A stretch of 63,551 bases of DNA, the filler included, from Stramenopiles sp. TOSAG23-6 (Eukaryota): the NCBI GenBank assembly GCA_900128565.1. It is 12 parts of 12 records of this genome, joined end to end, with 100 filler letters (N's around TTAATTAATTAA, not from the genome) between each part and the next. Parts side by side here need not be neighbours in the genome. Positions count along the whole stretch, not along the records: positions 33,073 to 41,186 come from LT636471.1; positions 41,287 to 49,390 come from LT636472.1; 10 more parts are not named here. One strand, given 5' to 3'. The position numbers and the translations under genes were made by a program. This document shows positions 33,162-43,051 of this stretch, one piece after another. Numbering within the stretch: the stretch's first letter is position 1; the number at the start of each line of letters is the position of its first letter. The notes under the pieces were generated by a model. That model did no database searches and was not told the origin of the DNA. It saw nothing but the letters and a program-made list of their open reading frames with translations.

Positions 33162-34410
33162 ATAATACACGACTCTCTGATGGAATGCCTCGACTTCTTT
33201 TGTCATGTAGTGAAAATCTTTTATCAACACACCAGCCTTTATACTTTTTTAAACGTTTCGCTAAATTGTAATAATATTCTTTACTTACACCTGGTGTAAA
33301 TTTCCCATCATTCATTTTCCCTAATCGTGCTTCCATCTCAACAACACTCTGCCCACCTGTAAGGAGTATATTGTCCCAACTATTACGAAGCATTGTACGA
33401 ATTTTATCAGGCATACACGATTCCCACACTTCTTGAACCCGAAAGGATTCATCAATGTCAGATGTAGTCTCTTGTTGTAGACTACTACTACTGTTGTTGT
33501 TGTTGTTAGTATTGTTGTTAGTATTGTTGTTAGTATTGTTGTTAGTATTGTTGTTGATGTTGTTGTTAGTATTGTTGTTATTAGTAGTATTGTTGTTGTT
33601 ATTAGTAGTAGTGTTGTTGATGTTGCTATTCTGTANATGTTGTTGATTGGGAACTGGTTCCTTAGATCTTTGTTGTAGTTTTTGCATCAGTTCACGTTGC
33701 TGTTGTTGATGCAATTCTTCCTGATACTTCCTCTGTGTCGCATAAAACACTTTACGACAATCCACTATTANCATTAACCACTTTTTATACTTTATTGTAT
33801 CTACTTTGAGCTCTAATGGCGGTTCGCCCAATTGTTTCTGGAAATCTAATATAGCAAAATTCAACGGCACCTTTAAAGCTATATATTTGCAATAACGAGA
33901 TGAACTCTCACAAATGTCAGCAATGTCAACNTCAGATAAAAATAAATGCACTTGAGGATTCTTCATATAATCAACACCACCCCATGGTGGATCAAAAAAA
34001 ACTACATCCTGCTTCAAGCCTTGGCCAGGTTTCTGGCGTGCAAGCATCATCATAAAATCCTTGTTGAAAAACTTGATATTTTTCAATTGTAGCACTTGAC
34101 AGTTGTTTTGAAGCATATCGAAACGTCCCTTATCAAATTCAACAGAATTGACCTCTGTAAAAAACTTTGCAAAAGACATCGTATTTCCACCAACACACGC
34201 ACATGCGTCCGTAATGATAGAATCGTCATCAATCCCTTGTAATTCCATGATTTTTCTCGACATGTCATCCGCTTGCCTCATTTCAGTCACACTAAAATTT
34301 GCGACCTCATCTAACTGCATCTTGCCTCTAACCTCGGGTGACAAATCCTGAAAGAAATAATTACGCTTGTCATATGGCTTTCTCTTACTACTTGCATGAT
34401 TCTTGGACAT
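33162..34410 (-). CDS. RNA cap guanine-N2 methyltransferase (Tgs-like), Q/N-rich linker, start of a CYTH/TTM RNA-triphosphatase-like domain; 3' truncated
   Basis: FSVT, DACACVGGNT, FFDPPWGG; downstream VEMEARLG...FTPGV. Confidence 0.75.
33478..33632. repeat. Coding trinucleotide/12-mer repeat (poly-Asn/Thr)
   Basis: (GTT)n and (GTTGTTAGTATT)n units. Confidence 0.9.
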
Positions 34411-34621
34411 TGTGGTAACTTACAATCCAACAATGCCAAAAAATATTGAAAAGTAGTGCTCGTATTGGTACACAGGTAGGGTTAATATCATGGCCACGGC
34501 GACTTGACTTGCAAGCGCAAGCGCAAGATGATCGATCGTGGAGAACACGAAATCTTATATATCAGTAGGTATCTGAAAGTAGGAAAATTGCGATTTTATC
34601 TATTTTATTTTATCATCTCAA

Positions 34622-37600
34622 TTAATCTTCAATATCCTTTATATTTAATAATATATTGTGTAGTGCAATTTTAGATGCTGGTTGAATTAACACATCTGTA
34701 AAGAATGCACTAGTACTACTAATCCTTGATTGGTTCAATTCTGTATTATTTCGTGTATTTCGTCTAACCACACTATTTAGAGTTGCTACAGTCATTATAT
34801 CATTTATATCTTCTTCTGTAAAATCTACGATATTTTGGTACCAAAAACGATCACCATCACGAATACGGCGAAATTGCTCAACAATGATTGAATCTGCAAC
34901 TAATCCCAGAGTTTTATTGTAGGGTGAAAATGATTTGTTTGTGGAAATATTTTTTTCGTACAATTTGTTAGGTACGGAATTTCATATGAAAACAAATTAA
35001 AATGGAAGAAAAATAAAACATACATGATTTGTTTGTGGAAATGAAATGATGTGTAGTTGTTGTTGCTTGTGCCATCATACCTACAATTGCATCAATATTT
35101 GACAGTTGGGTGGTGTTTTCAATATGGTACAAACTGCGAAGCTTATTTTCAATAGAATCTTGAATTTGATTAACTGAAACTGAATGTTTGTTATTTTCAA
35201 TAGAATCTTGTATTTGATTAACTGAAACTGAATGTTTGTTGTAATACTTTGACATGTGTAGGAAGTCTTGTAATCCCTATTGTGAAAAAGTGATATTCTT
35301 TTAAGTTTAAAAAAAATCGTTAGATACAAAATTTCATAATAAAAAAATAATTTGAAATTCATGATGAAAACGTACATGGTCCCTTCCACGCTGAATATCC
35401 AAAGAAGTAAGGTCAAGACCACCTTGTGAGGGTAAACCCAACAAAGTATTTCTAATAGCTGAAACTGTCCGCACATCCAATGCCTGAGCTGGCAATATAG
35501 TCATTCCATGAAGAATGGCATCAATTATTCTTTTCTGAGTACCGATATCACTATATTCATCAATATCAAGAAAAAAACTATTTGATAGATGTAGTGTTGA
35601 TACACCACCTAAACAATTATTCAATATGTTACTATCATTCTTATATAAAGTATGTTCGTAACATAGAAGAAGCACATCATTGATTTGACTGTGAGGTAAT
35701 CGAAAGGCGGCAGTTGAAAATTCAGTAAGAACTCCTGGATCAATACTAGAATTATAACCCATATATGGAAAAGTTCCATTTACTCCTAATGCATTGTGTC
35801 CTAGAAGTGCAGGTAAATATTCATTATAAGTTATATGCTGCAATTCACTTTCTACGAATCGTCGCGATTCCTTGAACAACAATTCGTCGAGTACGATCGA
35901 ATCCATTGTAATACTATTATTATATCGTTTTAGTTCATGTCTAATCGCAGAAGCCCATCGGTTGTGTTCCCTATGCCATAGTGTATGCAATGCAAGTAAT
36001 CCTGGCTGTATGTTAGCTCGAGTGTCACCTGCAAGTGAAAGTTTTTCGGTTGGCTTTGCTGTAGGATTATCATTTGGAAGTCTATTTTGATTCAACATCA
36101 GTGAATATGGACATCTAGATATCGATTCTCTTCTTCTTGGGTGACTTTTGAATGTATCGTCTGTGAGACTGGCATTTGTATGTCGCCTATTTGCAAGTAA
36201 ACCAAACTTTCCAAGTCGCAATGATTTCTGGCGAATTCTATTAGAACCGTAAATAGTAGACCCATCTAAAAATGATGAAACTTTATTTGTCTGCTCTCGA
36301 ATAGGGTGTTCTCTACCATTATAAGAATTATTTGTCAAATTTTTATAATGATATATTGAACGTCTAAACCGGATGACTCGATTACCTTTTCCTTCTTTAT
36401 CAAATGTTTTATCACCTTTAGGTACCTTTATTGCAAAGTTTTCACTTGGTGAAGAATTGGGTTGAGGTGTAGTAAGACTAATATCATGAGCTAAAAATTG
36501 TCCAAAGTGAACCATCATATCGTTTAAATGTCTTGGAGACCATAATAAATCAATGTGCTTATTCGTTTTTGTATCATTCATTATCATTGATGATAAAGAA
36601 TTACTAATCTTTCTCGCACTGGGTCGATCTCGACCTGCTGGAGAATCATACTTATCACTATATGCAGCAGGGAAAAGACGTCTTAGAGAATCCCCTGCAC
36701 TTCCCCAATGCAAATGTTTCATATTGTTTCCGAATCCATCAGGAGATCTCCACTTGCTATCTCTTGTAATTGTATCATTTTTATACTTTATATACTTTGT
36801 AAAATACTTATAAATACGGTCCGCTGCACGACGAGAAAGTTTCTGAAAGGCAATGTCGTCTATTGTGTCACTATATTGAAACACGAAACTATTTAATTTC
36901 CTTTTTGGTACCTTTGATTTCATTGTTGGGCATGCATTGGGTGATGGAGAATGACAAAATTCACTCCTTTTTAGAAACACATTTTCTGTATCTTCAATGA
37001 TAGTAGATTTTTTTGTTTTTTTTATATCAAATTCTGTACCTAACATTTGTTTCTTAGTAGTATAGTGAAGAACATTTGAATCTGCACAGACTTTAATCTC
37101 TGTGTTTTGAGTTTCAATAAGAAATTCTCGTTCAATTATTGGAATATTGGATGAACCAATTTCTTTACAATTAGTTATATTTTCATCAATATTGCAAGAT
37201 CCACGGAGAAGGGCATTTCTTGTCCATCGTACTATAAGTCTAAGAGTACTCGAATACTGACCAAGACCAAGTATTGTGAAAAAATATTTCAATATTTGAA
37301 ATTCATTAGGTGAGAAATATTCTTAGTCAAAAAAAAACAAGTTTGAAATTAAATTGGACCACATACAAAATGTGCTGTTGATTCACTTTGACCTAAAAAC
37401 CCAGAGTTGGTTCCAATTTGAGTTGTTTGCATGAAAACCCAGGATTTAAGTTTATTCATTGTATAAATAGATAATTTTGCACCAATGCTGTCTCTACAAG
37501 AAACACCACAACAATCTTTCACTTTTATGCGTAACCATTGATTTCTCTGGGATGCATCAAGTCTATGATTTCCTTTCCCATTGTATAGAGCAGGAGGATG

Positions 37601-39953
37601 ATCTTGATGTCGAATCACAACAATATCTTGAAGTCCATTTCTATCAGCATCAAATACAAGCAATCCACGTCCTTCAATTGTATCATTAGAACCTAGGACT
37701 TTAGATGATGCATTTATAATGCTAAAACTATTACTCATACTTTCAATACAATACTTACTCTTATATTTAGAAGTCATCCACCATGAATGTATGTTAGGCT
37801 CAACCATGTACTGTGAACAGATGTTTTTTTAGTAAACAAAAATGTTAGGTAAAAATTTGCGTATGAAAAAAATCTACACTTTAATTCAATTTTGAAAATG
37901 TACATATAGTCTGCTAAAACTTTCCAAGAATTGTTTGCGGTCGGTATATAGTACATTGTTGGATTATTATTCCAGAATACATCATCATAGGTTGTCTCCG
38001 GGAATATCATACCATTTGCAACGATCAGCTCTAAAAAGCCATCATTGTTTGCATCAATCCAAGAAGTACCCCAACCCCAACCACTATAAAGCAAATTATG
38101 GAAAGATTCATAAATAGAATGTCTCGCATCGACAATATGACCAAGGTTAGTTGATGTATCACATGGATATTCTAGTATTGCATTGTTCAATGTTTTTAAA
38201 CTTTTTTGATCAAAGTGAGAAAATTTACGATTTCCTAAATTTCTATACATTACATTACCGGAAAGTTCAAAATAAGATGTAAAATCTCTCTCTTGAAGAT
38301 CTTCATTACCATATATCGAAGTAACAAAAATATCTAAGAGGCCATCTTGATCAAAATCTGCTACAGCGACGCCCATGCCATTTCTTTCAAATCCCAGACC
38401 AGAGTCTCTGGTTCCCTCGATAAATGTACCATTTCCATTATTCCAAAATATTGCAGATGTTCCAAAGTCTGCAGCGATAAATAAATCAGGCCAATCGTCA
38501 TTATCAAAGTCTGCAAATACAGGTGTAAATGAAAATACTCCACCAGGGGGCTTTGTGCCATCGTGTCCATATTGCTTTGAATCTCTACTATTAATTCTTC
38601 TTGAATAACCTTCAATGTCGACGCCTGCACTACTTGTTGTATCCTCAAAATAACCCGGAGCTTGTTTTCCTAGGTTTCTCAGCAAACGTGAATTACTCCA
38701 TCGCCAAGTTTTTAGATTCCTAGATATTCTTTCAGAAGAAGAATGATCATCATGTATACTAGATATTCTTTCAGAAGAAGAATGATCATCATGTATATTG
38801 ATTTTAAATCCATCTTTTATTGATTGTGAAAAAATATTTTTTTTAGTAAAAAATTATTGTTAGGTATACAATTTGGTACAAAAAAAAAAATTGAAATGGA
38901 AACGTACATTAATTGTTCGACATTCAACATGAAGTAAAAACGCCATTCTGTTACATATAAATCAAGGTATCCATCACCATCATAGTCAGCAGTTGCAATA
39001 GAAACACCAGATGTCAGAGAGCTATCATCTTCCAAAATAGCTGTAGCATTTCGTTCAAGCCCAAGTTCAATAAAGTGAGGAATTTTCTGTTTTGTGTTTG
39101 AATTGTTCTGTTTTGTGTTTGAATTGTTCATTTGATTAATAAAGAGTAAGTGACGGTTACCTCCAACAGTTGTAACGTACAAATCAAGATCACCATCATT
39201 ATCAGCATCAAACCAAAGAGCACCATTTGTCGAGGCTCCTGAAGAACGTAATCCTTTAGATAAACCAAATTTAGTAGTTACATCTTGAAAACCAGGAGTA
39301 TGACAAGTTTTATCGTTAGAGTCAATTTGTAATTTATGTATTAAATCTCCGCACGTATTACGGTAGAGGACACCATTACCAAAACTATTGATATCCTTTG
39401 AAATTTTAGAAACACCATTCCGAACCATGGCTTGCGTAAAAAATAAATCTGTCCAACCATCTCCATCGAAATCTCCAGCAGCAACTCCACCAGTCATTCT
39501 CTCAACTATGCAATTTGCTCCAAAGTCTGTACCCATCAACTCTCTTTTTAAATAATTCAAAAATATATCTTCCTCTTGAATATCAGCAAGTTTAAACTCA
39601 GTTTTGATTATCTCTGATATATGATTGAACATCGGTTCATCAAAAATACAGTTTGGTGCAAAGACTGGAAGCGACTGAAAATGTACCAAATTCGAAGAAA
39701 TTGGTGCAACCTCTTCGAATTTGGGAGAATGAATGGATACAGTCTTCTGAATAGTATTCTCATTGTCCAATAATCCAAGTAATTCCAACAACTTTTCATT
39801 TTCCTCGTCTGAAAGCTCATCTGATATTTGTCTTAATTGTCTCTCCAACTGCTCCTCACACAACACACGGTCAGTTAAATCTATACAGAAGGACAAGGAG
39901 GGTCTACTACACGAAGCTAAAGAAACTAGTAGTAGTATGGTAAGTACTTTCAT
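34622..39953 (-). CDS. Secreted FG-GAP/ASPIC-UnbV (CRTAC1-like) protein fused to an animal-type haem peroxidase; 6 exons, about 1617 aa
   Basis: Exons 39953-38908, 38818-37904, 37805-37367, 37268-35376, 35276-35024, 34929-34622 join in frame; DxDxDGxxDL repeats, QS..AHFGLG, GQFLAHD, GDTRAN, AFRLPHSQ, IQRGRDHGL, RDGDRFWY. Confidence 0.85.
34930..35023 (-). mobile_element. Introner-like intron ending AT, flanked by a 19-nt direct repeat (acceptor register ambiguous)
   Basis: T|GTATGTTTT...GTACCTAAC...ATTTCCACAAACAAATCAT|TT TCA. Confidence 0.7.
35277..35375 (-). mobile_element. Introner-like intron, canonical GT...AATAG
   Basis: Restores IQRGRDH|GL. Confidence 0.92.
37269..37366 (-). mobile_element. 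Introner-like intron, GT...ATAC-TT
   Basis: CAT TTT|GTATGTGG...CACAATACTT|GGT CTT GGT restores the ASPIC HF|GLG motif. Confidence 0.9.
37806..37903 (-). mobile_element. Introner-like intron, GT...GTAC-AT
   Basis: TAT AT|GTACATTTTC...CACAGTACAT|G GTT GAG; using the upstream CAG leads to a stop. Confidence 0.85.
38819..38907 (-). mobile_element. Introner-like intron, GT...ATCA-AT
   Basis: TTA AT|GTACGTTTCC...CACAATCAAT|A AAA GAT, in frame. Confidence 0.8.
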
Positions 39954-40254
39954 TTTCACTACAAGAATCTCATTATTAATACATTATGTGGTGGCGGATG
40001 ACGGTCATGTAACTAGTCTAGTGTGTGTGGAACAACAATCGTAGTAGAACAGTAAGTAGTAGTATTATAGTTAGAAACATTGATCAATGATCATGTCGAA
40101 TTTGCTTTTGCCGTTTGGGGATAAAATATAGCAGTCAAAACGGTCAAAACGATCTTGTTGATGTCATCTCATGTTCATCATAAAATTTTCATGAGGCAAT
40201 TCATGTAAAAAATAGTAATACAGACATCTTCTCAAATTCAGAATAAATAAACAA

Positions 40255-41121
40255 ATGGATTACTTTCAAGTTATACCAATTTCAAATCAGCAAATAAGCA
40301 ATGGTGTGATGTTTCCTTTGGCTCTGGCTCCTCTTCCTGGTTCAGATAAATCTTTTGACTCACTTGTGAAAGCTATCAAAAAGCACCGTAAGCACATCTT
40401 GACCACTACGTTTCAGCACGGTGCTCTCCTACTTCGAGGGTGGACAAATGATTCTCCTGAGGGTTTTGCCGATGTTAGTGAAGCGCTTAATTTAGAAAAG
40501 TATCCGTATGTCGGTGGAGCTGCACCTCGCACGAATGTAGTTCGAGACGTCGTTTTTACCACGAATGAATCACCACCTGAAAAGCCAATACCCTTCCATC
40601 ATGAAATTTCCCAAGTACCAAACCCACCTTCATACATTATGTTTTATTGTAACGTTGAACCAAATCAGGGAGGTCATACTCCTATTATTCAATCAGCTGA
40701 AGTTTGCGATTATTTGTTTCGAAAGTACCCTGAGTTTGCAAAAGAGCTAGAAAGCAAAGGTGTAAAATATATTAGGGTTATGCCAAAAGAGACAGATAAT
40801 GATTCTCCAATCGGACGCTCGTGGAAAGAAACATTTCAATGTGAAACTAAGGTTGATGCAGAAAGAGCAATGTCTAAAATTGGAAGCACATGGGAATGGT
40901 TATCTAATGGTGATGTTCGTGTTACATCTGCTGTAGTACCAGCATTGTACGTTGTCCACTTTTACTTTTGTTTTTTTTTTTCATACGAAATTTTGTACCT
41001 AACTGTAAAACCTAAAAAATCAAATTTTTGAAATATTTTCCTAAAATACTTACGTATAGATAAACGAAGTGGTCGTAAAATGTTTTTTAACTCAGTTGTT
41101 GCAGCATACACTGGATGGATT
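40255..41121 (+). CDS. TauD/TfdA clavaminate-synthase-like dioxygenase; exons 40255-40946 and 41052-41121; 3' truncated
   Basis: YVGGAAPRT, NESPPEKPIPFHHE, GGHTP, FFNSVVAAYTGW. Confidence 0.9.
40947..41051 (+). mobile_element. Introner-like intron, GT...ATAC-TT
   Basis: GCA TT|GTACGTTG...AAAATACTT|A CGT ATA GAT; the next AG gives an immediate TAA. Confidence 0.88.
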
Positions 41122-41186
41122 GTACGTTTTATTTTTTTTTTTTTNACAAAAAAATCGAATTTTTTTTTTTATAAAAATTTTGTACC
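41122..41186 (+). mobile_element. Introner-like intron, 5' part at a contig end
   Basis: ATT|GTACGTTTT...AAAATTTTTGTACC. Confidence 0.75.
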
Positions 41187-41286
41187 NNNNNNNNNNNNNN
41201 NNNNNNNNNNNNNNNNNNNNNNNNNNNNNNTTAATTAATTAANNNNNNNNNNNNNNNNNNNNNNNNNNNNNNNNNNNNNNNNNNNN

Positions 41287-41364
41287 AAAATATTTCAAAA
41301 AAAAATCGTTAGGTACAAAATTTCGTACGAAAAAAAAAACTTTTGAAAAAAAAATAAAACATAC
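41287..41364 (-). mobile_element. Introner-like intron cut at a contig end
   Basis: T|GTATGTTTT...TTCGTACGAAATTTTGTACCTAAC. Confidence 0.85.
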
Positions 41365-42586
41365 ATTGTGATTGTAAGCGTCGATGTGCCACGTCATCAC
41401 TTAGAGTATTTCGACTCATTGCCAGAGCATCAAATTCATCAATGAATAAGATTGATGGTTGCATGTCAACTGCTTGAGAGAAAATAGAAACTAGTGCTTT
41501 TTCACTCCCACCATTTATTGTGAAAAAATATTTTTTTTTTAGTAAAAAAATCATTAGGTACAAAATTTTCTACCAAAAAAAAAATTAAAATTCATAATGA
41601 AAACGTACAGTCCACTTACTTAATAGATCGGCTATATAAATTGTGATATATGTCATTAATTTTTGAAGACTTTGATAAATAATCGTCAATAATGAAAATA
41701 TGATAGTGTATATACAAGCATTTTAATTTGAATAATGTTGATCACAACGATAACCTACGGACAGGCTGAAATAAGAGGTCTTTGTGATTCAGAAGCAGTG
41801 GCTTCCGCAAGACTGGTTTTTCCGGTACCCTGTCCTGGAAAAAAATAATTTAAAAATTTGATTTTTTTCTTAGCTACAAAATTTCCTATATATATAAAAA
41901 CTATAAAAACAAAATTGAAATTCATGATGTATGTAAACGTACCGGTGGCCCATATAAGAGTATTGTAGTAGGCATTTTACGACAACCTGTAAGTAGCCTT
42001 GGATCAATTAAAGCAGACATTGTACAACAATCTCGCAATGTATTTTGGAAAAATATTTCAAAAAAAAAAACTTAAATTTGTTAGGTACAATCGCGTTATT
42101 CGCCCCAATGATATCTTCAAAGCAACGATTTGGAAATGATGCAGTAACTATTGGTTCTTTCTTGGTATCAGTTATTGTTTTTTTTGTATTGTTTGTGCCT
42201 TCTTCAAGCACTGGTTGTTGTTGATCTCTGTCAATACTTGCCTTGGCGTTATATGGCGGATAAATCCTTTGACTTTTGATGGACGGTTGAAATGATGCAG
42301 ACGAAGACATGGTGGTAGTATCAAACTGACGTTTATTCCCAATGATTTGTCCCTCGATTTCAGATAACCGTTTCGATACCATAGTAATACAGTTATCACA
42401 AACTATGCGAGTGCTATCACTCACTCGGAACTGTTCTAAATCATCTTGTCTGGAAACACAATGTTCTAATAGAGCGACAGCTTTGTTATACGAAGCATAC
42501 GACTGTAAAACTCCGCTGGTGTTATTACTGGATCCACTTAAGCCTTTTGTCACATATGACATTGCATGAGCTATTACAGAATCCAT
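41365..42586 (-). CDS. AAA+ ATPase of the katanin/VPS4/spastin type with an MIT-like N-terminus; multi-exon, 3' truncated
   Basis: FEDIIG, ILLYGPP|GTGKT, DLLSKWT|GGSEK, PSILFIDEFDAL. Confidence 0.88.
41513..41608 (-). mobile_element. Introner-like intron, GT...ATAA-AT
   Basis: TGG ACT|GTACGTTTTC...CACAATAAAT|GGT GGG AGT GAA restores SKWxGxSEK; the next AG gives TGA. Confidence 0.9.
41634..41758 (-). other. Non-family intron, probably GTAGGT...TTTATAT (alternative GTCCGT...TAG, 41632-41762)
   Basis: Needed to join ISAC(P) to ADLLSKW. Confidence 0.65.
41830..41942 (-). mobile_element. Diverged Introner-like intron, GT...GGAC-AG, inside the Walker A motif
   Basis: CCA CCG|GTACGTTTAC...CCAGGACAG|GGT ACC GGA AAA ACC. 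Confidence 0.92.
42038..42091 (-). mobile_element. Introner-like element, 3' half only
   Basis: Exon runs directly into TTGTACCTAAC...CCAAAATACAT; donor half absent. Confidence 0.75.
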
Positions 42587-43051
42587 TTGTCTGTAATTTT
42601 TAGTACACTTTTCATGAAATCACCTCTCTCACTCTCTTTCTCTAATCCTCTAATCTAGAACTTTGTGCCCTGATTTCAGATTTGAAATGATAGATGAATT
42701 GAAAACTTTAGAATTGTATTGAATCTCACTAATTTTGATTACAGATTGATACTTTGGAGGTCGTTTTGTTGATTAAATTGATTGGCTTGCAATATAGTCT
42801 TGATCTCAGATGAGATCTCTCACTTTAGATCGATCGATGATCGATCACTATAAAAAAATGCGCATTTTGATAATTTTTTTTTTCCTGGTGTCGGGGCAGG
42901 TTTGCGTATAATAGCATGCAAAAGCGCGGGAATTTTTCAAATTTTGAATTTTCAAATTTGAATTTTGAATTACATTCAAATTTTTGTTCGACAACTTGAG
43001 AGAGGAGCAACATAACAACAATAAGTCCTTCTTCTTAAGAATAAACGGAAA

